DNA of 54,974 nt from Candidatus Magasanikiibacteriota bacterium (GTDB lineage Bacteria; Patescibacteriota; Patescibacteriia; Magasanikbacterales; 2-02-FULL-50-9b), in NCBI GenBank assembly GCA_903893485.1, contig CAITMK010000009.1, positions 1 to 54,974 of the forward strand, given 5' to 3'. The translations under genes and the position numbers were made by a program. The notes below the pieces were generated by a model. The model was given only the letters and a program-made list of their open reading frames with translations. It did no database searches and was not told the DNA's origin. Shown here piece after piece: positions 31,101 through 37,141 of the stretch. How positions within the stretch are numbered: the first letter of the stretch is position 1; each line of letters starts with the position of its first letter.

Positions 31101-32264
31101 TTCAATGACATGCGCCGTACCTGGTGCATCGCCCTTCGTGTTGAATTTCTGTGAAATAATATAAAGTTGCTGACCCGTATTCCCCGCTGGATAAACTGGC
31201 TGAACTGTTTCCAGCAATTTTCCATCAACCAAAATTCTACCATATGCAATACCGTCGTTATCAGAAAGCAAAGCTTTTACTGGGACAAAAGATTCTGATG
31301 GAATTTTACCATTGTCTGGCGGAGTCGTATTTGAAATGTTTGGTGCGGTGGTATCGATATCAGTACCAGCCGTAAAGGTAAATTTACAATTAACGCCAGT
31401 GCATACCAAAATTTTACCCGTTACCGCAGCGTGAATTGAAGTTGATAAACCGCCAACTAATGAAACATTATATTCATCTGGGTCAAAACAATGCAACGAA
31501 TCATTCGGCGCTGGACACGACTTTGAAGGAATAAATGTAATCGTATCAGCATCAACCGTAACTGCTCCGTCAACTTTCGTACCAGCTTTATTTGTGACTA
31601 TGAAATTACTGCCGTAAGAAACCGTTGATTCGTCAACAGCCTGATTAAAAACAACATTTACGCGTATATTTGCAAATTTTTGAAGTCCTCTTGGCGATCC
31701 AAAATTAACCGTAAGAGCGCCAAAACCACTACCTCCACCACCACCCAACCCAGTGCCACCACCAATACCAACATCAGTAGTACCTCCACCACCATTCGCG
31801 AGCGGTGACCCTGTGGCGGTTAAAAAAGATCGAATAATAAATTCTGAAATACCAAACGAAGAAAGTACAATAACCAAACCAATAACACCGTTGGTCAAAA
31901 TTCGTTTTGCTTTTTCAGCCGTTTCTTCGGAACCACCTGCCGTCATGTAGGTAAAACCGCCGTAAATAATTACGCCGATTACAATAACGCCCATGAGGCT
32001 AAGGAAAATACGAATGATGTTCGCAATGATCACCGTAAATGGCGTGCTGCCAAGCCCAGATGTTTGCTGAATCGTTTGCAAACCAGTATCGCCCGGCTGA
32101 ATTTGATTGGTGCCGGAAACAGCAGGTGCAGCCTGACCGCCAAGAACTGGAGCCGTATTTTGTGCATAAACTACCGATGGCGCGTGTGTTGGGCCAAAAA
32201 ATAATCCGCCAAGCAGTACTAAACCAAAGCTGATTTTTACAAACAAATTACGGAGTTTTGCCAT
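22194..32264 (-). CDS. Giant (3356 aa) surface protein: signal peptide + VirB2/TrbC-pilin-like two-helix module + Gly linker + Ig-like/IPT-TIG/Cys-rich repeats + C-terminal beta-rich region
   Basis: Uninterrupted 10 kb ORF.
- aa 1-150 match the N-terminus of the upstream 648-aa protein.
- GGGGTTDVGIGGGTGLGGGGGSG forms a linker.
- Four IPT/TIG-like units (..GSYITISGDGFG.., ..GTYVTLTGTGFG.., ..SLVISFFGEHFG..) lie at about nt 29650-30865.
- Four ~270-aa supermodules follow.
- Six CGDG..C(D/E) repeats are present. Confidence 0.85.
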   Translation of the reverse strand: MAKLRNLFVKISFGLVLLGGLFFGPTHAPSVVYAQNTAPVLGGQAAPAVSGTNQIQPGDTGLQTIQQTSGLGSTPFTVIIANIIRIFLSLMGVIVIGVIIYGGFTYMTAGGSEETAEKAKRILTNGVIGLVIVLSSFGISEFIIRSFLTATGSPLANGGGGTTDVGIGGGTGLGGGGGSGFGALTVNFGSPRGLQKFANIRVNVVFNQAVDESTVSYGSNFIVTNKAGTKVDGAVTVDADTITFIPSKSCPAPNDSLHCFDPDEYNVSLVGGLSTSIHAAVTGKILVCTGVNCKFTFTAGTDIDTTAPNISNTTPPDNGKIPSESFVPVKALLSDNDGIAYGRILVDGKLLETVQPVYPAGNTGQQLYIISQKFNTKGDAPGTAHVIEVDAMDVAGNLGKAQIHTTSYAAHCFNKVQSVNGVTDPTEIAIDCSAANGECGLCANSACTASSQCAGGNGFCDPVKHVCSSSPIIKDVQPQDGAPGSYITISGDGFGTNFGSVTFLGDPKTDTDDVEAPLACDAGWSNDQVVVRVPDGAKSGAIQIKNSATSIDTTDNQTGLYLQQFKITDVVRPGICGLIPDSGFSGTKVSLLGTDDISSPSVDRKLFFGGYSANDATWAQITPNTITATLPDMDPGFINVQAVIKGITTNPLEFLVTASSTATTGKGPANPDNVLSLNSVAPAAGGVGTYVTLTGTGFGTVPNKVYFVVLDGSGNPTDQQVVADTNFPAQCAAGFWGNKQIIVKVPNIPVAKYGIRVYPYGNKTGSNIQNFTVNTDKPGPQVCAIKADNGPANGSLVISFFGEHFGTTPGVAIFSDHVVGLAPKTGSIWTDGKVNIMVPASAVSGGVRLSLVINGKATKNICDTNPSTCSNSVYFAVSDCRVVAGACKTGNICCADGSCGTSCISASKKVSAAFLWCFSTGDSCAVSQPPEIKEECNTLATATNSIPSPSPSSVWPSTVSACNNAQIAIKFTENIDPKTVNVFSGSKSSIIVEKCTGDISDPCTQTDPTLVSLKNLKVSAYSTSAYSSIFVTPQNLAISSTYRVSISNQIAGIDSGLPVRAPADQLSTCKPGSGFVYCFTFSTGPTNEPCLIDKVGIDPPSFVTQNLGTIVDAKQNRVYWSPVPYPVDHCQILDPSVYQWGWKPSQAVDSNFLIAAALNPTAATTLLDAKTPTKDGASIDITASTMQQGALKTGTGTLVINPGPPRIYEQCSIDGIRSPSPSIMWSAATPVCRTSLVSVTFNQPVVLLNADKTESPFTFSLFQCTGTKKDHECDTAVATATTDFTPTTMNADDNVYQYTIEPKAPLFLNTTYIAEVSTNTKGVGVNGKMMVPMKGCPVGVGYCFTFKTAATLIDNDAACKLASIELSPGNYTTTDYGTVQQLLNGSWTPLAWIAQGFGADKCVYLDPNAFTFNWGIDLAHAGYAAVDPDNKWSDTGWAQYIAAYKETGDSPLSILATAQNITGSSLLSVAFTNPHITSYDPLDCPGSTSGVCLNSLVDITFSTNINLDSLQNKLFLYECPATTNLTTDDCAFADSDLKNALVPTIDANDNHHVLFASQNFDPQRKYRLVLKGGVLSDAGLPFADFNYPATNAQYFTWTFITGTAACAIDHVNVKPVDAIAQAQGQVQQFLVGAFGQADACHPDGQPLNPNAYTWSWTSSVPLVAQETAASSTPDHAFSINANGPVVNGFQSTNITAQTMGKSDTVPWKLVCNASAISCPAGTQVGKDGCCYKQLGFDTVYPDPNATDICRNTLITAHVNELVDTTTVSSTSFMVGYATDAATCAGGDYRGGFCYKKLPYTVDVVNHTNSKADPSTSEALLTASVGDMLPANTQVKVMISKTNPTDAANADYSVLANSGVAVTGQSWTFTTGPNPCALNKVQIFPDQINFQKLNAPEEAIAYGLSHQGNRDVPLAAISGKYDWTWNWASQFVKVAKIDPIEKKTQQKTEMVAGGQNGKTFVTGLAKIVSDIYFDPSTKGHDVVGRLPVWAAICDTPWYSDAQTPLTDILNGQNMSFWYCETPTGQKPLPHLVPIIDPVADTSANAADVYTVLNAFHLTDPTTGAAVGFRIEKNLKNYSPLEWYYQKEFKGDVTPQVVAGLDAVRVANTLYVAYGNQSTNSSYTNMLIISLSDPATPELQAIFDQILANLQTSTNLVDDGLCYQGAEASTQQCNKDADCPTVPQTPLTPVQMASRVFVNTNELSGTGSDANLKSGIRCSITFDAAGSHFQAMVYDAAQKKISFQTDPVYAKIVADAQNVLPLDCNNSGPSGLCSTASTPGPISCYSSADCPSNGTCVMPATPTTCQIPYTKFIRDTNRVIDVATLTRSLEKAHAFANKYPVVATGSFVPGLTASTWPQWTDFMSQLGIAQVVDPLNSYAGCTGDFDTATCWNAKSQKYQCNPGSEAYHYRTINSGADYQLGISFEQDSSLTNNWAGYIKDTVLASGRVNLSFCTGNTYVADAVCGDGSIGGSEQCDPPGKTVTINDSTTYGSSTAVCTSQCKYGPQTPVTLCGDGIIQVGVETCDDGKALNGKYNHCPADCGVKSKVLVSSLGACGDGIIQPGVEMCEINSGVGAVTIGSKYAINQVDSCNWDCKAYGPYCGDGTVNADHGEDCDGDQTDYANSCVRKCNKHTDANPCKWTNATAGVPVCEKIQTTPGTPTTPPGCGDGKFTPGTGEECDNGTDPSNPATANSTKPYSVGGQNGIPCVPAYGQKNTCQYCTTSCKKAYVSGGYCGDGIKNGTEVCDKNDIGAGAAGPNGSYPAGTYQYGTQACKSDCSGFVEKGPAPSLGDILPVYSEFDSHWFSAHIFSLDDSNNVNGALFTHGQIATYGLSGQPTGLNVSNIPLKFASIGASSTIDKEPQPFIVGMRVGVRRLISTGCLPGVIDCPNVAAFGPGNVDYHFPGGVSHVPYKELWDIGYITAVKNGTYDVKYETYNGGDPTVTNGGTATGVLLNNLARIPDEYLSCGKQTNRLNGIHLSVYDPVHNSPPGLNLSPYVKLPSTSVVPVTFAFSDPTLPWLPVRLSGNIRYGDSNSAVVYDSQLKTENAFPILVMPTSTPSGEVNQTQTYSFDTGPLIGTVRACFSPDAAYRLTVSPQLRLYANGQTIESDITGGAFAYSIPQLVVSTNASVQHQDIEPNGLPGDYRVVVTGIESVTQTINGNPVSLETWGLHIGASVPGNEIYSGATPPAIYCNGKNGWSSAEMIDEIKVSATAIPSAIIAWRDGCLTKGPWWAQIDSAVGINDANAFIPKTRTLIGTIAASQSSQAYVVWLSRNSVLPAPIAAAKVAIWYRNVTPDANGHYWRLVSTFNTDNLKPDAANADQFHLFTMLRASDTDTSPETSLYAGQYVPGGVNTLLLK
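24030..24890 (-). repeat. Six cysteine-rich CGDGxxxxxxExCD repeats inside the giant ORF
   Basis: The repeats are CGDGSIGGSEQCDPPG, CGDGIIQVGVETCDDG, CGDGIIQPGVEMCE, CGDGTVNADHGEDCDGD, CGDGKFTPGTGEECDNG and CGDGIKNGTEVCDKN. They resemble the Myxococcus cysteine-rich repeat class. Confidence 0.7.
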
Positions 32265-34194
32265 ATTCTAATAAATTGCAATTTTCATTCGATGAAACAC
32301 CATTACAGCAGGTATAAGTCCCCGTATCGGTTGTTGGATCTGTGTACGTACATTGTAACCCAATTTGCGAATTTTGACCCGAAGCCAAAAAACAATTCTG
32401 ATACACATCCTGCACACTTGAAGGCAACGCTGGCGCATACGATTGACTCTTCGCAAAAGAAACATGTTTAATATTCAATTTAGTAACTGAATTTGTTACA
32501 CCCGCAACTGTTGTTGTCTGATCAACAGACTCTTTCCAAAAACCGGCCTGCGCTCGAGGATTTTGCGCGACCAATCCAACGCCGCTAAACGAACTTGCCT
32601 TCATTAAGGAATCAAATGTTGCACTAACTGCACTATCGGCGGTAAATGGATTCGTTGCATCTTTTCCATTTGCGCCAAAAAGCGGTTCAACAGATGTAAT
32701 TTTTGGATCGGTAATTTTGGTAGCATCCGTCGTGTTGAATGAGAAATAAAAATCATCAACCGGGCTCCCCGATGGCTTGCCGCCGGTAGTACTCCATGGT
32801 GTTTTTGCATTTTCACCACCACCATCAAGCGCGTTGCCCGCAGTATCGGTGATTCCCTGCAACGATAATTTTGGATTTACCTGTGCATTCACCCCTGGCT
32901 GTGCAAGCACACCAGACAATGCGCGCACTTCTAATTTTTCGCTTGCTGGCAAGCAAAAAATCTTTTGACCACACGCATTGGTGCCACATTCCGCAGCGGT
33001 TGTAAAATCAATAATATTAAATCCCCCGCCAGCACGCCACACACCAGACACAAACGAACCATCTGGGTTTGCAACGCGAATATTTTTAAACTGCTTTGAA
33101 TGTCCATCGTATTCCCCAACCGCTGAAGCAAGATTAACCGGCTCCGAAAAAGTTACTTGCACAGTAATATTGCGCGCATAGGTACCACCTGCCGTTGGAA
33201 TTACTGAAATAATACGAGGCGGCGTTAAATCGAGTTCCGTGCTAACCGTAAATTTCCATGAATATCCACCGCTAAATCCAGAAAAAATACTTTGGCCTGC
33301 AGGAGTTACGCGTTTAATATCTGGCGAAAGTTCCACGGTATATGGCGTTTGTGCTGTTGCACTTCCTAAAAATGGAATCGGATCGTAAACCACAACCGTT
33401 GAGTCCGCACCTTCGGAGCCAATAGTGACCCACACATCTGTTGGCTTGAGCGCGGTATTGCGACCCTCAGCAGTTGCATAGATCAAAAAGGTTGAACCAT
33501 TCACTGGGCCACTTACCAAACGCTTTATTTCTTTGCCATTTGCATCGGTTGTTGTTTTGTATACCGCATCTGGTGATGTTGCATCAATCACACTTGTTGG
33601 ATCGATTGGAAATTTGTATACAACTTGAATCATTTTGTTGCGAGGAACGCCAACTGCATCACGAGCTGGATCGTGCGATTCGATAACGCGGCCAAGCGCT
33701 GAGCCTCCGTCGTAGCCAGAAAGTAAATCAACGCCACCCGAACCATTCGATCCAACAAGTTCAGTTCCACCAGTTAATCCACCGGCGCCAAACAATCGGC
33801 TCATGATATACGAGGTAATCGCGTAGGATGAAGCAATAATCACCAAACCAATCACGGTATTTTTTAAAACGTCTTTTGCCTGCGTCACCTGCTTTTCATC
33901 GCCAGCAGCGGTCATCCACAAATAGCCGCCATAAATAACAAAGCTGATTACCACCGCGCCAAGTAATCCAAAAAGAATATTTATGATGCGGCCAATAATA
34001 ACGCCCAATGATGAGCTGCCTAAACCAGCGGTTGAATTAACTGAATTTAAATTTTGAAGCGCGTCAGTTGCAGGAGCAGTCGTTTGCGCATACACCGACG
34101 AAGCGCCGTGAAAAAACAAAAAACCGACCGCGCACATGAGCGCTGCCGTAAGTAGAAGATTTTTTTTGTAAGTGGAAAAAAGAACGAAGCGCAT
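32248..34194 (-). CDS. 648-aa surface protein: signal peptide + pilin-like two-helix module + Gly linker + Ig-like (SbsA/Big_5-type) domains
   Basis: The N-terminus ..SSVYAQTTAP..GLGSSSLGVIIGRIINILFGLLGAVVISFVIYGGYLWMTAAGDEKQVTQAKDVLKNTVIGLVIIASSYAITSYIMSRLF is paralogous to the giant protein's N-terminus. ..LDLTPPRIISVIPTAGGTYARNITVQVTFSEPV.. is Ig-like. The stop overlaps the giant gene's start by 17 nt. Confidence 0.8.
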   Translation of the reverse strand: MRFVLFSTYKKNLLLTAALMCAVGFLFFHGASSVYAQTTAPATDALQNLNSVNSTAGLGSSSLGVIIGRIINILFGLLGAVVISFVIYGGYLWMTAAGDEKQVTQAKDVLKNTVIGLVIIASSYAITSYIMSRLFGAGGLTGGTELVGSNGSGGVDLLSGYDGGSALGRVIESHDPARDAVGVPRNKMIQVVYKFPIDPTSVIDATSPDAVYKTTTDANGKEIKRLVSGPVNGSTFLIYATAEGRNTALKPTDVWVTIGSEGADSTVVVYDPIPFLGSATAQTPYTVELSPDIKRVTPAGQSIFSGFSGGYSWKFTVSTELDLTPPRIISVIPTAGGTYARNITVQVTFSEPVNLASAVGEYDGHSKQFKNIRVANPDGSFVSGVWRAGGGFNIIDFTTAAECGTNACGQKIFCLPASEKLEVRALSGVLAQPGVNAQVNPKLSLQGITDTAGNALDGGGENAKTPWSTTGGKPSGSPVDDFYFSFNTTDATKITDPKITSVEPLFGANGKDATNPFTADSAVSATFDSLMKASSFSGVGLVAQNPRAQAGFWKESVDQTTTVAGVTNSVTKLNIKHVSFAKSQSYAPALPSSVQDVYQNCFLASGQNSQIGLQCTYTDPTTDTGTYTCCNGVSSNENCNLLEYGKTP

Positions 34195-34202
34195 AAAAAA
34201 GA

Positions 34203-34661
34203 TCAGGCAGAAGCTTTGAGTGTTGCTTCGACTATCGTGCGTGCACGAGCGCCATCCGCGCGGCCGGCAATACGTTTCATTACATCGCCGATTAATTTAC
34301 CCGCATGTGGATTTGGACCCGCGGCCGCAATAGCTTCAGCAACAATTTTTGTAATTTCTTCATCGGACAATTCTTGTGGCAAATATGATTGCAAAAGTGC
34401 AATTTCTTTTTCGGCGGTTGCAACTAAATCCGCGCGGCCACCTTTTAAAAAATCTTGGATTGCATCTTGCGTTTGTTTGACTTGGCGTTTTAAAACAGAA
34501 ACCGCAATCACGTCTTCATCGGCATCTTTACCGCGAAGTTCAATGAGTGCGTTTTTTATTGCGGCACGAATAAGCCGAAGCGTAGAAAGTTCCAGCTCGC
34601 GCTTTGCTTTCATGGCTTCGGCTACATCGTGTTCAATTTTGAGACTGATGGCATTTCCCAT
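34203..34661 (-). CDS. yqeY: GatB/YqeY-domain protein
   Basis: MGNAISLKIEHDVAEAMKAKRELELSTLRLIRAAIKNA.. ..LLQSYLPQELSDEEI... ATG 34661 is preferred because the track start 34688 is TTG. Confidence 0.8.
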   Translation of the reverse strand: MGNAISLKIEHDVAEAMKAKRELELSTLRLIRAAIKNALIELRGKDADEDVIAVSVLKRQVKQTQDAIQDFLKGGRADLVATAEKEIALLQSYLPQELSDEEITKIVAEAIAAAGPNPHAGKLIGDVMKRIAGRADGARARTIVEATLKASA

Positions 34662-34696
34662 AGGACAAACTCTATGGAAAAGCTGCAAACCAAAGA

Positions 34697-34921
34697 TTAT
34701 TTCTTTGGAGCAACTTTACCGATTTTTTGATAGTGTTCAAGAACTGACTTGCGTTTGAGGCGGATCAAGGTACTTGCGCGTTCTACATTTTCACTCTTCT
34801 GCGCGCGGCGGTGCTGCACCTTTTTTACCTGCAAAGAATTACCACTCATTTGCACTTGCTTACGGAAGCGGCGCATGAGGGATTCGAAGCTTTCATTCTT
34901 TCGACGTTTTACGTTAATCAC
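34697..34921 (-). CDS. rpsU: 30S ribosomal protein bS21
   Basis: (GTG start) MINVKRRKNESFESLMRRFRKQVQMSG......K.....KSE.. Confidence 0.88.
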   Translation of the reverse strand: MINVKRRKNESFESLMRRFRKQVQMSGNSLQVKKVQHRRAQKSENVERASTLIRLKRKSVLEHYQKIGKVAPKK

Positions 34922-34961
34922 AGTGTTTTCACCAGATACGGGTGTTAATAATGATAAGGGA

Positions 34962-34991
34962 ATTTTAACATGTTTTGGGCTAACACGTCAA
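34962..34991 (-). promoter_or_regulatory. rpsU promoter
   Basis: The minus strand reads TTGACG-18 nt-TAAAAT, about 40 nt upstream of the GTG start. Confidence 0.4.
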
Positions 34992-35006
34992 CTGGGGATA
35001 GGTGCC

Positions 35007-36422
35007 TTAAACTGCAGCAGAATCAAGGCCCAATTTGCGCTTCAAGATCTGTGGAGCCTTGTTAAAATCAACGGTTTCCTGGACACCTGAATCCATGTCA
35101 CGAATGATCACGGTTCCTTCTTGGACTTCCTTTTGGCCAATAACCATGGCGAACGGAATTTTCTTGCCATTTGCAGATTCCAACTGAGATTTTAATGAAT
35201 TTTTGCAAAAATCCTGATCAGCCAAAATGCCTTCAGCACGAAGACGGGTGAAAAGAAGCATTGCCTTGCGACGTGACAAATCACCAAGTTGCGCTACATA
35301 CACCTGAGGAGCTGGTGCGCCTGGAACATCGATCTGGCGTTCACGGAGCTGGATAAGGGCACGTTCAAGGCCTGGAGCGGTGCCACAAGCTGGTACTGGT
35401 TTGCCGCCCATTTCTTCGACAAGCAAATCGTAACGGCCACCACCACAAAGTGCGGTCTGTGAGCCCTGTTCGCCATCCGTGGTAACGATTTCAAAAACCG
35501 TTTTGGTGTAATAGTCCAAACCGCGTACCAAGGTGTGATCCAAGAAATAAGGAACATTGAGTTCATCGAGATATTCCAAAACTTTCATGAAATGATCGCG
35601 GGATTCGTTTGAAAGATAATCAACGATTTGCGGCGCAGCGGTTTTGATTGGCTGACATTGAGGTTCTTTGCAATCCAAAACGCGCATTGGATTTTTCATG
35701 AGACGAACTTTACAGGTCTCACAAATTTCGCCACGGTGGCTACGATAAAATTGCACCAATTCCATTTTGTAACGGGTACGATCTTCGGGCATGCCGATTG
35801 AATTGATCTGTACGTTGACTGGAATTTTTAATTCAGTGTAAAACAAATACGCCATCTGAATAATCTGTGCGTCGATAACCGGCGATGCATCACCGATAAT
35901 TTCGAAACCGACCTGCGTAAACTGACGCTGACGGCCAGACTGTGGACGCTCGTGACGAAACATTGGACCCCAATACCAAAGTTTTACTGGTTGAGGCTGG
36001 TTCCACATGCCGTGCTGCAAATAAGCACGCACAACCGAAGCCGTAGCTTCAGGGCGAAGCGCAACTTTTTCCTGGTCACGATCTTCAAAAACGTACATTT
36101 CTTTTTCAACAATATCGGACTGCTTACCAACAGAGCGCATAAACAATGCAGCTTCTTCCAAAACTGGTGTTTCGATGCGATCAAAACCGTAATCAATTGC
36201 AAGCTGCTGAGACTTGTCGTACATCGCTTTCCAATACCACTGATCACGAGGCAAAACATCTTTCATGCCACGAACCAACTGAAATTGTTTTTTAGCAGGA
36301 ATTTTGACTTCCTCTTTTTTTGGAGCTGCTTTTGAAGCAGGAGCTGCTGATTTTTTTGGCGCTACTTTTTTAGCAGGCGCTGCAGCTTTTTTTAACATAG
36401 GTTTCTTTTTTGATTGTGGCAT
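35007..36422 (-). CDS. hisS: Histidine--tRNA ligase with ~46-aa Lys/Ala/Pro-rich N-terminal extension
   Basis: The core begins ..FQLVRGMKDVLP... It continues ..IETPVLE..LF.RSVG..SDIVEKEMY.F.D......LRPE.TA and ends in an anticodon-binding domain. The N-terminus reads MPQSKKKPMLKKAAAPAKKVAPKKSAAPASKAAPKKEEVKIPAKK. Confidence 0.92.
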   Translation of the reverse strand: MPQSKKKPMLKKAAAPAKKVAPKKSAAPASKAAPKKEEVKIPAKKQFQLVRGMKDVLPRDQWYWKAMYDKSQQLAIDYGFDRIETPVLEEAALFMRSVGKQSDIVEKEMYVFEDRDQEKVALRPEATASVVRAYLQHGMWNQPQPVKLWYWGPMFRHERPQSGRQRQFTQVGFEIIGDASPVIDAQIIQMAYLFYTELKIPVNVQINSIGMPEDRTRYKMELVQFYRSHRGEICETCKVRLMKNPMRVLDCKEPQCQPIKTAAPQIVDYLSNESRDHFMKVLEYLDELNVPYFLDHTLVRGLDYYTKTVFEIVTTDGEQGSQTALCGGGRYDLLVEEMGGKPVPACGTAPGLERALIQLRERQIDVPGAPAPQVYVAQLGDLSRRKAMLLFTRLRAEGILADQDFCKNSLKSQLESANGKKIPFAMVIGQKEVQEGTVIIRDMDSGVQETVDFNKAPQILKRKLGLDSAAV

Positions 36423-36433
36423 ACAAAGTTGAA

Positions 36434-37051
36434 TTAAGGCTCTGTGTGATTGTATACGTCGCCGGCTAAATAACTGATACGATCCAAGGGAAATCCGCGG
36501 AAAAGTGCTCGGCCAACAAGGTCAACTCGCTTAACCGGGCCAAACCGGCGCGAGTCGAAACTGGCACCACGATTGTCTCCCATTACATAGTATTCATCTG
36601 AGCTGAGTGTGACATCTATATCGCCGTCTGTCAAGACGGTTGGGCCCAAATACGCCGATTCATCGAGGTATTCCCCGTCCGGATGTTGCGAGTTGAAAAT
36701 CCGTATGCGACCTCCCCGAATGATGAGATGTTCCCCTGGAAGCCCAATGATACGCTTGAGAAAATATTCTTTGTCCACGTCGCCATGGTAATGCATAACG
36801 ATTACCTGCCCGCGGTGCGGCTGACCCAAATGAAAACTAAGCTCATCAATGATCAAATATTCTTTGTCCAGATAGGTTGGCACCATTGACGTGCCGCTGA
36901 CCACAAATGGTTTAAAAATAAAATAACGAATTGCCACAACCGCAAAAGCGCCAATAATCAAGACTTTAAAAAGTTCCTTAAAAAAAAGTGCGAGCGGATG
37001 TTTTTGATCCCCTTCTTCAGCAAGCAAATTGTCTGATACAAAGTCATCCAT
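36434..37051 (-). CDS. lepB: Signal peptidase I
   Basis: N-terminal TM segment, ..VSGTSMVPTY.. (catalytic Ser box), ..KRIIGLPGE.. and ..GDNRGASFDSR.. Confidence 0.88.
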   Translation of the reverse strand: MDDFVSDNLLAEEGDQKHPLALFFKELFKVLIIGAFAVVAIRYFIFKPFVVSGTSMVPTYLDKEYLIIDELSFHLGQPHRGQVIVMHYHGDVDKEYFLKRIIGLPGEHLIIRGGRIRIFNSQHPDGEYLDESAYLGPTVLTDGDIDVTLSSDEYYVMGDNRGASFDSRRFGPVKRVDLVGRALFRGFPLDRISYLAGDVYNHTEP

Positions 37052-37060
37052 AGTATGAAT

Positions 37061-37089
37061 ATGATACGGGAAAAATTGCCATGCGTCAA
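37061..37089 (-). promoter_or_regulatory. lepB promoter (predicts a leaderless or near-leaderless mRNA)
   Basis: The minus strand reads TTGACG-17 nt-TATCAT-attcatact-ATG, with 9 nt between the -10 box and the start codon. Confidence 0.45.
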
Positions 37090-37129
37090 ACAGCGCGAAT
37101 TATGCTTTTTTAACAAATTCGCGCTGTTT
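37088..37129 (-). terminator. Perfect 14-bp hairpin downstream of the 375-aa surface-protein gene
   Basis: AAACAGCGCGAATT-14 nt loop-AATTCGCGCTGTTT. The T-tail is weak (TTTGAC), so this could be a terminator or a processing hairpin. Confidence 0.45.
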
Positions 37130-37141
37130 ACAGGCTTTAAG

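Noticed and set aside
2565-32233. Numerous 60-200-aa antisense or out-of-frame ORFs inside copA, pyk, ftsZ, ftsA, hisS, smc, rny and the giant gene (for example 3535..4110, 15738..16346, 15944..16456, 20420..20866, 21380..21778, 24056..24451 and 30199..30639)
   Set aside because: Each is nested within a longer ORF that carries recognisable family motifs or a repeat architecture. Their compositions (Ser/Cys/Arg-rich) are typical of shadow frames.
32248-32264. The 17-nt overlap between the 648-aa and 3356-aa genes as a programmed frameshift that fuses them
   Set aside because: The giant ORF has its own ATG followed by a complete signal peptide and pilin-like module. This makes independent, translationally coupled initiation the simpler reading. 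I saw no slippery heptamer.
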